A stretch of 64,000 bases of DNA, taken from positions 19,777,360-19,841,359 of the forward strand of contig NC_043019.1 of NCBI RefSeq assembly GCF_006345805.1. The letters are read 5' to 3'. Every line of letters begins with the position of its first letter. Positions within the stretch are counted from its first letter, which is position 1. This DNA comes from Octopus sinensis. Lineage: Eukaryota. Of this stretch, positions 13,364 through 27,373 are shown one piece after another. Both the position numbers and the translations under genes were made by a program. Below the pieces are notes generated by a model. It ran no database searches. It was not told the DNA's origin and saw only the letters and a program-made list of their open reading frames with translations.

Positions 13364-13914
13364 TGACCGGTTCGCGGAACACCTTCGTGACATCCACCTT
13401 GCGAACGACACACCGGTCTCACGCCATTTCCGCTCCACCGGTCACTCCTTGCAACACCTATCTGTGTTCGGTTTGTCCTTACACAGAGGCTATCCGGATC
13501 CCCGTTTGCGCCGTGAACAGGAATTAATCTTCTCTCTTCGCTCTTATACGCCATTTGGTCTCAACTCTCCCCCCTCCTCATCTAACCCCCCCTCTCCCCC
13601 TCCTCACCTATCCTTCCCCCCGACCCCTACTTCTTCAGTCCTTCATCCTTTCACCCCTACTCCCCTTCCCTTCTTCCCTCTTTCTCCCTCTCTCCTTCCC
13701 TCTTCCCCTTCCCTCTGCTCCCTCACTCCCCTTCTCTCTCCCCCTCTCCCTCTTCCTCCTTCCTCCTCCCCTCCTCCTCCCCTTCATCCTCCCCCTCATC
13801 TCTCTCACCCTCTCCCCCTCTTCCCCATCTCCTCCCCCTCTCCTCCCCCTCTTCTCCTCTCTCCACACTACACCACACGACTTTACACATCACATCATAT
13901 ATGATGTGCCATAC

Positions 13915-14145
13915 TAATTCATACACCAACTAATACATACTAATACGTACTAATACATGCTAATACATACACCAACCCTATACATACACACGTCCAGACC
14001 TCTCATACGCACTTATACTCTCTCATACACACACACACACACTTATACATACTAATACGTACTAATACATACTAATACATACTAATACATACACCAACCC
14101 TATACATACGCACGTCCAGACCTCTCATACGCACTAATACTCTCT

Positions 14146-14194
<49 letters not shown>

Positions 14195-14270
14195 ATACTT
14201 ACTAATACATACTAATACATACACCAACCCTATACATACACACGTCCAGACCTCTCATACGCACTAATAG
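13915..14270 (+). repeat. Compound minisatellite (ACTAATACAT units plus three longer ACACCAACCCTATACATAC... units)
   Basis: Tandem units are directly visible in the 3' region of the PLE. Confidence 0.85.
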
Positions 14271-14438
14271 CTGGTCATTCAACCCTATTATCAACCCTAT
14301 TATCTCCCCTTATTTCGCTCTCGCGTCTCATGTTTGATCTTTGACCTCTGGCCGAAATCAGATCGCCATGTTGATTCGTTAGTTACTGCACGCATTTTTT
14401 TCTCTCCTTCTTTCTGTGTTTTTTTTTCTCTCTGTGTA

Positions 14439-14476
14439 TCTTTCTGTTGAAGAGCGTAGGCTCGAAACGTTAAAGA
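14439..14476 (+). ncRNA. Degenerate minimal type I hammerhead motif
   Basis: TCTTT CTGTTGA A GAGC-GTAG-GCTC GAAACGT T AAAGA. Stem I is TCTTT/AAAGA and stem III is the ACGT palindrome, but A6 is replaced by U. Confidence 0.5.
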
Positions 14477-14569
14477 CTTGTTTTATTTATATTTCCTGAG
14501 CGCCATACTAATACAATTGTTTGTTTGTTTCCCACCTGCCTTCGTCTTTTGTCTATTTTCATAAAGCTT

Positions 14570-14616
<47 letters not shown>

Positions 14617-15497
14617 TATATGCACTTTGTATATATAAAAATTATTATATATACATATTTATATATAGATACACACACACATATATAAATTAACCCAATA
14701 AATATCTGATTCATAATATTTGTTGTCATGATTGAGTGGTGGTGGTGGTGGCGATGATAATTCTCTCTATGAATGCAGACAGACGTAGAGAGTGAGAGTG
14801 TGTGAAAGCGCTGTGGAAGGCAGGGAGAAGGGATAACGGACGCTGTGAAACGACGTTATAAAGAGAAAGTGAATGTAAGGGAGGTAGACGCTGTGAAACG
14901 ACGTTATAGATAGAAAGTGAAAGGAAGGGAGAAAAGTGAGTGAGTGATGGAGGAAGACAGATACATAAAAGAATGAGAGTGTTGGATGTTTTGTTTGTTG
15001 GACCAATGTATTAAGGTAGTATTGTTTTATTGTTTTAAAACGAAAGAGGCAATGTGTTTGTTTCAAAAATTAAAAAATCTGTAATAGTGAATGAAATTAG
15101 AATTCACACCCAGCTCAGTTTTGTAGAAAGAGTATTACGATGTGAACTCATGAGTTGGGAGTTTGACTGAGAGAGTTTATATGGTGACACATGCCAGTCC
15201 TTTCGACACCACCTAAACAATGGAATAGTGTATAAAATGTAATTAACAACTCATTCACTTTATGAATGTCTTATGTTAGCGAAGAAACAATAACTTGACA
15301 ACACCGTTTAATGGAGACGTAGAAGGAATCGGAAAATGAGGAATAAAGAGAATGAGTTGGATCAAATGTTTGCAAACATCTGAACCCAATGTTCTTTATG
15401 AACCATGTTCTTTTTAATGTCTTTATTTTCAAGAACAAAGAGATAATGAAGAGGTGCAAAATAAAAAAATCAAGCAAAATTTCATGACTTACAATCA

Positions 15498-17975
15498 GTT
15501 TTCTTTTGTCAGAGCCTCCTGATAAACCACGTTCCTTGTGCGCTTATGATTGCCAAGAATGAAGAGTTTATGTGGATTTCCAACTCGAGAACAGGCTACG
15601 TACAATTGACCATGACTGAAAACCGGTTGTGACAGGTTAATGCCTACAATGTCCAGTGATTGTCCCTGTGACTTGTTGATTGTCATCGCGAAGCATAGTT
15701 TTATCGGAAATTGAAAGCGTTTAAACTGAATGGGAACATCAGAGGGTGAAATACTCATTTTATGTATCGTTTGATTGTTCCTACAAATGGTCCACTCAAA
15801 ATTTCAGCAGTTATAACATGGCTTTGAATCCTCCTAATAACCATTCGGGTTCCATTGCATATTTCAGGCGTTTCCATATTTCTGAGCACCATGATTGGAG
15901 CACCAACTTTCAAACACAAATGATGAGGTGGAAGTCCCGGAGGTGTTAGCTTGTTGAGTAGCTCGGGTGGATATTTGACTGCATCATTCTCATCTTTATT
16001 TGTATCGATAGACATGAAAGAAAATATCTCACCAGGATTCATATCAAGTACTTGTTTATTTGTAGCATGAGCTGTTGTATTATGAGGCGATAGAATAGCT
16101 CTTGCTCTTAGCCAATCGAGGTCCTGGAAGTTGGTTTCGACGTCAGGTAAAACGGCTCTTATAAGTTCTTCTACATTTGGAACGAAATTCCCAAAAGGCA
16201 ACCGAATATGCTCATCATCAACGAAAGCCAAAACTCCATCACCAAGATCTAATAGGTGTTTTGCGAAAGCCTCAGACTCCACATCACCATGTAGGTGGAC
16301 TCTCATGTTTGTTTGAAGATGGCGACTGATAACACTGTGCCACACATAAAAATGCTTTATACATGCATTAACCTCATCGGCTCTAGTGCCTGCTCGGACA
16401 ACAGGAAGAGTTTGTCGAAAATCTCCTGCCATGAGAAACGTAGCTCCACCCATTATTTTTGTATTGTGACGCAAATCTTGGAGAGTTCTGTCAAGAGCCT
16501 CAAACATGGCCTTATTACTCATTGTAGCCTCATCCCAAATAAAAAGACTGCATTCACGAAGAAGTCTTGCTTCTGAGGAACTACGATCTATATTACATAT
16601 AGGATTATCTTTCTTTCTAATGTCCATGGCAATTTGAATGCACTATGTGCCGTACGGCCGCCTTGAAGCAGTGTCGCTGCAATACCACTTGAGGCACATG
16701 CAATGGCAATTCGACGTTCAGCGCGCAGCTTTGCGAGAATCAAATTGATAACGAAAGTTTTACCAGTACCACTTGGAGCATTCAAAAAGAAAAGCTTTCC
16801 TTGGTTCAATCTAACGCTGTCAATAATTTCATTATAAATCTCTCTTTGTTCAGGCAAAAGTCTTGGTTCATCTCGCGTAATTGTTTCCGTCAATTCGGCA
16901 ATGTTGTAGTTTTTTTCTGACATGTATTCAACATCCAAAGGCGCTTCATGATGGACAGGTGTTGGCAGATGGAATTCACTTAAACCGCGTATAACATAAC
17001 GTCTGATGTGTCTGTTCATGTCGATTAATGCCTCATTATAAACATCGTCGTTGCCATCACGTAGCGCTAAATTAGCCTGTATGTCCTTTGATAGGCTCTG
17101 TCTGAACGATTCCCAAAGGTTAAGAGGGTTGCTGGGATTACAGTGGATTAATATGCTACAAAACAATCGACGCATTTGCCATGGCAGTTTACAATTTGAG
17201 GCCTCTGCTAATGTTCTGTGTAAGTGGTCGTCATTGAGAAGTCCGCGCCTCAAACATGCTTCCCTGTAAGTGGCGCAGATGATACCATCAACCGTGCGAA
17301 GATCAGCAAAAGACTTCGGTCCAGTAACTACATGAAGTAGCATTCTCAAAAAGATTTCCTGTTTGGTAGGATGAATATTATACACACGCCCAATGACGTT
17401 CTTCCTAGAAACACCGGGCCAATTGTCAAGTTCTGTTCCATGTGACCTGCGCTTCCAATTATTGTTGTTGTATGTGTAATATTCCGGTACTTCAGGGTAA
17501 ATGAGGGTAGCAGCAAACTCATCAACTGAACACAATTTAAAAAACGCTGTAAGCGTAGTCCCTTTTGAATTTTCAATGACTTGACGTGCATTTTTCTCTG
17601 TTAAGTAAACCAGCTGTCTCTTCTGTAAATGAACATTCAGGTGGAAAACTGATGGTGAGCTTATATGAATCTCGTATCCAAAAATGCGCCACGCTGCATA
17701 ATTGGAGGATACATACCTACCCAAAACGAATTGTTTAATTTCGTCATGTCTAAGGTCTTCATCACTGAACACAAACACGGCCATATCATCGCCCTTATTA
17801 ATGTACTTGCAGAGGTATTGTATGCATCTCACCGAACTGCAGTACTCAACATTAATGTGTGCATTAAATGTTTTGGAAAGCAAAGGGCTGAATGGAACGA
17901 TCCAGGCATTATCAACATCGAATGTTTTTAGCCGTTGTCTAATTGTAGCTGTGCGGCCACCCAAACCTGGGTCAC
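15498..17975 (-). pseudogene. Helitron Rep/helicase, C-terminal Rep plus PIF1-like helicase, frameshifted
   Basis: AHINVEYC, YLCKYINKG, Walker A APSGTGKT, ASSGIAATLL, IWDEATM, GDFRQTLPV, ICNGTR and QFPIKLCFAMTINKSQGQS across three ORFs. The N-terminal Rep motifs are deleted. Confidence 0.95.
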
Positions 17976-18192
17976 ATATATGAAAGAGAGGACGGGAAAA
18001 TGAAATATTTTGCAATGTAAACATGATTTGTTTTAAGAGAAAGATTGTCATGATTGTGTGTTGGTGGTGTTAGTGGTGGCGATGATAATTATCATTAGGA
18101 AAAAGATAAGTTGTGGCGATGATAATTCTAGACCCCTTTTCACATTGTGATGAAGAGAACCCGATTTCATTCGGGTCTACTGGGGCCACATA

Positions 18193-18251
<59 letters not shown>

Positions 18252-18791
18252 ACGCTGTAGAAATTAAATTAGAGATCAAACCACTAATAGGGAAATGAAA
18301 CAGTAAAAAAACAAAAACATAAAAATAAAAATATAATATTAGATATATGTATATATATGTGTGTGTGTGTGTTGACAGGTAGACAATAGAATGCGATGGC
18401 GATGGCGATGGCGATGTAATATTTGTTTCTGTCTATGAACGCAGATAGATACATGAGTAAAATGTATAGGAAGCTAAGAGATAGAGTGAGTAAATATGTT
18501 CTTGGAAGAGAGGAAATAGCGAGAGAGTGATTTGAGGAAGACTTTACATTAAATAACGGTAGTGGCATTGTCAAATAAAGAGGAGTGAGAGGGTACTGGA
18601 GGAAATAGGGTGAGTGAGGAAGATGGCCCCTAGCAACCACACCTTTTAAGATAGGGATTTTTAAGGTAGCCCACGAGCATCGTCACCTCATTCTACATGT
18701 CCCTGTAAATTTTGGAGCGAATCGAACGGGATGTAGTGGCATTGAAAGCGATCCAAGCGGTAAAAACGCATTTCAGTTTTATATATAGAGA

Positions 18792-20449
<1,658 letters not shown>

Positions 20450-21869
20450 TAAACTGACAGACTGGTAAATAGAAGAAACAGGTTATGTGACGAATGAGAT
20501 AGCAGAGGATGAGACATACAAACTGAGGTGGGCGGATTATTTGGCGAGAAACGATAGACACACGGACACAGAGCTAAGGACCAGATGAATAGACACAGAG
20601 ATGGACAGCCGGGAGGACAGATAGGGATGGGCAGATGCGGGAACGGTGATGATTAGGGTACAAAAACAGTAAAGACACCTCCATATAACACGTCTGTATG
20701 CATGGATGTGTGTGAGCAGGCAGACGTGTGGTAGTCGGGTGTGCATAGGGTACTAATTGACATAGAGGAAGGAAAAGGGTAGAAAGTGAAAAAGTGTGAA
20801 GAGTGAAGGTGAAACGGGGAAAGAAAGTGTGAGTATGTGAAAGAGAGGAATGAAAGTTGCCTGAGTCAAACATTTCCCATGGCTTCAATGTGACAATAAC
20901 CCAGTTTCTACGAGACGGTTGCTAACATTGTATTGCGCGCGCACACAGACAGACAGACACACACACACACACACACACAACACTGGGATCTGGTCTTTCT
21001 CATTCAGAAAATAAGTCCCCCTTTAATTTTGCTCAGATTGCTTTCAATTTTTGGTGTATCGATGCAACTCTGAATTTTGGTTACGATCAACCAATTACTT
21101 TATCTCGTAAATTAAAGAATCTGAACTTATTTGGCATTAAAGTTGGACAATTCGGGCAATTTTAGCCAATCAACAGACATCGTGTCATTAGCAGCTTGTT
21201 ACCATGACAACCACACGCTGTGTTGTGGTTCACCGGTATCTGTGCAGCTGTTGTCAGTGTTGATTTTCGCACTTAATTCTTCGCACCACGAGATTCTTTT
21301 CACCCGTGTCTTTTGTTTTATTATTCCTGTGTGTTAGTAGTATATTACATATTTTTCTCTGCTTTTTTTGTGTTAGGATTTTTACATATTTTTTATTTCA
21401 TATCTTTGGGGACACATTGACTCAGACAGCTGCATTTATGACTTCACTAGGTTATTTCTGTTCATAAAAATTTTAATTAGGAGTATTTCTTAAACCGTTT
21501 CAACAGCGTAACTGAAATTTAGCCCACATAACAGGAACCGATAGGGATCTCATGGAGTAGAGAAACAGATACAGGTGGTACAGATAATTCGACATTATTT
21601 CTTAATTCTGCATGCAGAAACGTATAAGAAACGGATATTCTTTTCCTTGGGACAAATTCTTTGTTGACCAGTGTTATTCTTACCGTAGTTTACAAATCCA
21701 AGCATGAAACCGTTTCTCGAGTTTTGGAGACAGACGCCCCCTTTTCACACACAAACACACACACATGAATGTATAAATGTACATATAAACTTTTATATGA
21801 ATACATACAGCCACATGCACTTATATATTAATGATGTACACAAATACATGACAGGTATACATAATACTA

Positions 21870-22795
21870 AAGTAAGCATAAAGTAAACACAAGCAGACAA
21901 ATGTGGAAATCTGTGGGTGTGTTTCTTTGTAGCGTTGTTATCAAAATTCTCCTACGTCGTTTTATCGATGTTGATGAAACTTCACATGTGGGTAGAACTC
22001 ATGTCTGGAAAAATAGTAACAAACTTAGATTATTGAAAAAATCGATAATAGGGCTCCCGGAAGGGATTCTTATATCTACTACATTTAACTAATATGTTAT
22101 ATTTAAACATCCAAGAGAAATAACCCATTCGCTCCTGAAAGGGATCCTTATATATAGCCAAGGGAAATAACCCATTCATGTTTGTAAATTATTTCGTATA
22201 AATCAAATTAAGTATGCTTATTTCTCAGTATTTGAATTATTTGAGTTATTTTCGCAATTTATCCAGTACAAAGCTTAAACAAGTAAATAGTATTTTCTAA
22301 ACAATAGATCCACTTATTTCGCTTAGTGACTTATTCACGAATATACCAACACTAGCGCCGCTGAGGGTAATATTCTCTGCGAACACACAGAAACTTTTTT
22401 CAGAGTTATTTACTTTGAATTGTTATTATCTCATTGATTAGCCAGTTATTACGTAGCCTGCTTCACGATTTTAGTATACATACCTAATTAGTATTTCCTC
22501 CTAAGTTCTATAAACTCTGGGAACGCATTAAAGCCCTTTTCGGAGCTACTTTATTTTAATTCTTACTATCGGGTAATTAATTTCATGTTATTACATAAAT
22601 GACTTCACAATTTGGGTATTCATAACTTATTGGGAATTCCTAAAAACAAGATTCTGTGTAAGACAGTTCGGTATTTTCAATAAATGCACAAAATCCGTTT
22701 TAAGGGTTGTTGTTACTGGATTAGCGAAACAATTATTAGAACAAAACCAAGAGATAAGCCCCGCTTTCCTGGGAATTACCGGGTACGTCAGCTAG
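21870..22795 (+). mobile_element. Non-autonomous Helitron-like element
   Basis: The 3' end is CCTGGGAATTACCGGGTACGTCAG-CTAG followed by T. The 5' region has a TTGATGAAACTT motif similar to the 53988 element. The 5' boundary is uncertain. Confidence 0.6.
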
Positions 22796-24075
22796 TATAT
22801 TTAAAATAACAAATTTAAAAAATAAGAAAACCATTCAATCAATGAAGAGACAAAAGAAACAATGAGATGATAATGTTGATTTTATTAGGGATTTCTGTTT
22901 ATTTAGAAACCTACAATGAACAGGTCAGACGCTAGACTCTAAATTTCACAGAGTACAACCTTAAAGTTGACACCGCTCCGCTAAAGGTAGAAAATTTCTC
23001 TCTCGCTATTGGCTAAAAATATACAGTTTCTTCGAGTTTTAAACATCTGTAACTTTTTTCTCCATTTTTTTTTCTCCACAACATCATACCTTCAAAGCAA
23101 TGAAACTGGAAGGCTACATTATTATAGCCGATTTTCAGATTCTTTACTCTATTTTTAAAATTGCATATTTTGCGAATGAAAAAAAAAAACTAGATCCTGA
23201 CTGATTCCCTACCCCACCTCGAAATTGCTGGCCATGAGCTACAAATTTGAAGCCAATATTATCCTCACTCCAACAATTTCACCAATCTTAAGCGTTGTGT
23301 ATTTACGACAATATCTAGCATATCTTCCTTAATCAAGCAAACAGTTGAATGAGTGTGATCCAAGGGGGATTTGGCAGTTATTTCTAACATATGGTGCAAC
23401 TACATAGTCAATCCCAGGACCCGTTGTAGTTTTAAGGGAGGGAGGCTCATTTTGCGAATGAGAACGACTTGATCCATCAGTCGATTACATTGACCCTAGT
23501 GTTCAAGAACTATTTTATTGAACCCCCGAAAGGATGAAAAGCAAAGTCAACCTCGGCAAAATTTGAACCCATAACGTAGCAATGGCTAAAATGGTGCTAA
23601 GCATTTTGCCCGGCATGCTAACGACTCTGTCAGCTCGTCGCCTTTTAAGAGCGTCGGATATTATTGCCACTTTTACGCCCTGAGCTCATATTTTGCAAAC
23701 TTTACCTTTCCTTCTTCAATGTATTCAATAAGAGGTAAGCTTTGTATACTTCAAAGTTACAGATGTTTAAAACTCGAAGAAACTGTATATTTTTAGCCAA
23801 TAGCGAGAGAGAAATTTTCTACCTTTAGCGGAGCGGTGTCAACTTTAAGGTTGTACTCTGTGAAATTTAGAGTCTAGCGTCTGACCTGTTCATTGTAGGT
23901 TTCTAAATAAACAGAAATCCCTAATAAAATCAACATTATCATCTCATTGTTTCTTTTGTCTCTTCATTGATTGAATGGTTTTCTTATTTTTTAAATTTGT
24001 TATTTTAAATATACTAGCTGACGTACCCGGTAATTCCCAGGAAAGCGGGGCTTATCCCTTGGTTTTGTTCTAATA
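22734..24075. repeat. 323-bp near-perfect inverted repeat with a 696-bp spacer
   Basis: 22734..23056 is the reverse complement of 23753..24075. I saw only one mismatch by eye. Confidence 0.95.
23470..23645 (-). mobile_element. SINE family A copy in the inverted-repeat spacer
   Basis: CCCCGAAAGGATGAAAAGCAAAGTCAACCTCGGC...CAGCTCGTCGCC. Confidence 0.85.
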
Positions 24076-24094
24076 GAGTCAGTTAAATACTGCG

Positions 24095-24510
24095 GTCCCT
24101 CCACACGGTGCTGGCATGGTTGTGTGCTTAAGCAGCTCGCTTTGCAACCTCTTGCTTTCAGATTAAGTTCCACTGTCAGCAAGGTCAGCTGTCTTCGACT
24201 ATAGCCCCAGATCAATCAATGATTGATTTAGATTTTGTTGACAGAAACTACGGATGAGTGTGTATGAGTGAGAGAGATAGAGGGGGGGGTATGTGTGTGT
24301 ATGCGTGTGCGTATACGTTTGTTTTCTCGCTACAGCTTGACAACGTGTTTGTTTACGTTCCCGTAAGTTAGCGGTTCAGCAAAAGACATCGACAGAATAA
24401 GTACCTGACTTAAAATAGCAGGTGCTGGCGGTCGATTTATTCGATTAAACCCTTTATAGCGGCGTCCCAGCATGGCCGTAGTCCAATGACTGAAACAAGT
24501 AAAATATAAA
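24095..24510 (+). mobile_element. Decayed SINE family B
   Basis: Diverged head plus the tail TTAGCGGTTCAGCAAAAG...CCAGCATGGCC...TGACTGAAACAAGTAAAA, as in the 44057 copy. Confidence 0.7.
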
Positions 24511-25051
24511 AGGTAATGCACCTTAGTCGAGAATGTAATTACAAGAGAAGGACTGAGTTTGATGACATGTCTGCTGAAGCTAAATATTAACAACAACAGC
24601 AATAACAACATCAATGGTATAGAGGGGAACATCACATCTAACATATTCACAGTCCGTTCAGCTCCTTTCGCCAATTTTAGCTCCAGGACTTTATATCTCA
24701 CGCAAGCAGTACAATCGCTTCTCTCCTTGTAACTGTAATATTCCTCTTATTATCCGTCCTGAATGACGAATATACTGTTTATGAAACAGCCATATCATAA
24801 ACTATTGATTTTCAAGATTTAATTTTATATCATCTTTTGATACTAATCCTCTGCTAGACTCTCTTGGAAGACTTGGCTAAATTATGTTATACTAATGAGA
24901 ACTAGTAGACTAAAGTATGTCCATTTTGACTGTCCTTATATTAAACTTGAAAATTAACTTCATGAATAAGTTCTTAATTTCTTGCGTTTATCTCTCACTT
25001 TCCTTGAGAGTCGCTGACAAGTCAGTTATAGTTTTACTTTCTTTCTCTAGC

Positions 25052-26290
25052 TATTAGGTTGTCAAGAAAGTTCTTGCGGTTTTTAACCTTTAAATTCAGA
25101 TGCACATATCTCGGCTCAAACAAAACTTTATTAATCGAAATAAACACCATCAGAATCAACACACTTTTGCCAACGCGAAACAAGTTTATTCATGCGAGTA
25201 GCGAAAATATCCTGCGTTCTAGTGTTAATGAAGTCGTTGAAGGCTTGTTTGGAATCGTCTTGGTTTTTGAGGCATTTCTCACGCAGAAATCTGTCAAGAT
25301 GCTTGAAAAAGTGGTAGTCGGTTGGCGAGAGGTCTGGCGAGTATGGCGGATGAGGCTGAGTTTCGTAGCCCAATTCGTTCAACTTCTGCAGGGTCAGATG
25401 TGCGACGTGTAGTCGAGCTTTGTCATGGAGAAGAATTGGTCCTTTTCTGTTGACCAATGCTGGTTGTTGTCGGAGCTTCTTATGCATTTCATCCATTTGC
25501 TGACGGTACTTCTCCGTCGTAATGGTTTCGTCTGGATTCACAAAGCTGTGATGGATGAGACCGGCCGCAGACCACCAAACAGTCACCATGACGTTTTTTG
25601 GTGCAACGTTTGGCTCCGGGAAGTGCTGCGGAGCTTCGTCGGCGTCCAACCGCTGTAGCCGGTTGTCGTAAAGAATTCACTTTTCATCGCAAGTCACAAT
25701 CCGGTCGAGAAACGGATAGTTCTTGTTGCGTAAAAGAAGGGAAGACAACACTTTTTTTTTTTGGGGGGGGGGGTCGTCCAATTCGTGCGGCACCCATTTC
25801 TCAAGTAGTTTTGTTTTTCAAGTGCTTGGAAATTGTCGTCTACGTTACGTCTAATTCAGAAGCAAGCTCTCGAACAGTTGTGCGTGGATTGGCTTCGACT
25901 AAGATTCTTAGTTGATCGTTGTCAACATCCGATGGCTGACCACTACACTTATCATCTTCAAGACTCTCGTCACCGCTACGAAATTTCTTGAACCACCATT
26001 GTGCTGTACGTTCATTAGTGGTTCCTGGACCAAATGCATCGTTGATATTGCGAGCTGTTTCAGCAGCTTTTCGGCCTAGCTTGAACTGGAATAAGAAAAT
26101 TGTGCGAATTTGCTTTTTGTCCATGTTGTATTCAACGTTCCGAGGAAAAAATGGCCTAAATATTCAAAAAGAAAAAGAGTAACATGATTAGATAGAGCGA
26201 AAAATGGGCTTTAAAATTATATATAAAGTATAAGTAATTTAACGAAAATTAATTTGAAAATGCATCATATGACACGCAGACGAGGAACAG
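25052..26290 (-). mobile_element. Mariner (DD34D) DNA transposon, one TIR retained
   Basis: TA followed by the TIR TTAGGTTGTCAAGAAAGTTCTTGCGGTTTTT at 25052. No matching TIR is found at the other end. Confidence 0.9.
25131..26124 (-). pseudogene. Mariner transposase, frameshifted
   Basis: MDKKQIRTIFLFQFKLGRKAAETARNI (HTH), IVTCDEK, ILLHDKARLH and YSPDLSPTDYHFF. Confidence 0.95.
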
Positions 26291-26812
26291 TGAGGTGAAA
26301 CGTGTAAACAGCAAACACAATGATTAACAAAGAGATTAAATCAACAATATGCTTCCCCAATAAGGAGCGGGAGTAACCAACGAGACCTCACGCACTTTAG
26401 ACTCCTGAACACCAAAGGCTCTTCAAGAAAGCATCTTCTCCTCTCCCTTCCATCCGGCCTACAGGCGAACACGCCGGCCATTCTTGCCACATTCACCCAC
26501 CTTTCAACGAACTTAATGGGTGACACTGTGAACAGCAAGAAGCAAAACAATGACTTGCATATTCTTGTGTTTCGTCACAGGGAAAAACTCCTTTACGACG
26601 ATTATGCTCTCAAATGTTCATAACCCACTCGACTCTGGGACTGCTGATGTTTTGGTAATGTCGGTTATCCCAGAATTCCTTGTTCTAATGAATCGCGTGT
26701 GTTATGGACACATATACATCTTAAAGAAGTTGTCCTGTGACGAAACACAACTGCATTTAGCATATTCATGTTCGAATTTGCAGGAACATATTGAGAATAA
26801 ATATGTAAGTCA

Positions 26813-26860
<48 letters not shown>

Positions 26861-26900
26861 TATATATAAATAATTAAATCAAGTTTCTCATTTATGTATC

Positions 26901-27303
26901 TGTAATGAATGTATTTTATCAATAACAACAATACTACCAACAGTAGCGAAAAAACGCTTCCAGCATTATCTTCAAATCAGCTAAAATTCCAGTCAGTATA
27001 TAGTAACTGTAGTGTGATGGAGGAAAAGGACAACAGAAAAAGAAGCAACAGAGAAAGAAATACAAAAGGCCTTACCTCGGCGAAATCAGCGGTCTCTCTC
27101 ACGAATTCAACACGTCTTGTCGCTCTGCCGTCTTTGCTGGAACTGACCACACTTGCTTGCTGACCACACGTGCTTCCTGCCCACGCATGCGCCTTTCACT
27201 CTTCCGCCGGCCCCTGCAAGCCTTACTTCCACCCACCTCATCTGTCATCCTCTCCACCAACACCACCTAGCTCATCACAGCCCATAACACCGCCAACATC
27301 ACA
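26901..27303 (-). repeat. 3' LTR (403 bp)
   Basis: It starts TGTGAT right after the PPT and ends ATTACA on the minus strand. The far end is inferred from the TG..CA termini only. Confidence 0.7.
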
Positions 27304-27316
27304 CGCCCCCTCCCCT
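27304..27316 (-). promoter_or_regulatory. Polypurine tract
   Basis: AGGGGAGGGGGCG on the minus strand, immediately before the LTR TG. Confidence 0.8.
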
Positions 27317-27373
27317 GATCTACAGATCACTCAACCGGCTTTCCCACTCACTCCTCGCTCCCGAACTCACACC

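Larger units (their letters stand above)
13338..14572 (+). mobile_element. 5'-truncated Penelope-like element (GIY-YIG C-terminus plus 3' tail) inside the Helitron
   Basis: RFAEHLRDI...PVSRHF...GHS...RREQELIFSL...PFGLN is typical of a PLE endonuclease end. Both flanks are (TA)n. Confidence 0.8.
13250..18791 (-). mobile_element. Helitron (internally deleted) inserted into the CR1 LINE
   Basis: The minus strand starts TCTCTATATATAAAAC at 18791 and ends with the hairpin ACCCG-N9-CGGGT and CTAG at 13250. It sits between A and T with no TSD. Joining the flanks restores the CR1 frame VINKITNNSAAGPD. Confidence 0.95.

Noticed and set aside
13555-13929. Pro-rich, Arg/Gly-rich and other low-complexity ORFs here and YI/CV/HT-repeat ORFs elsewhere
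   Set aside because: They are translations of CT-rich tracts and microsatellites.
17975-18051. Novel N-terminus MTIFLLKQIMF... on the 487-aa Helitron ORF
   Set aside because: The same sequence is in the non-coding sibling (37925-37999). It is 5' UTR fused to mid-Rep by a deletion.
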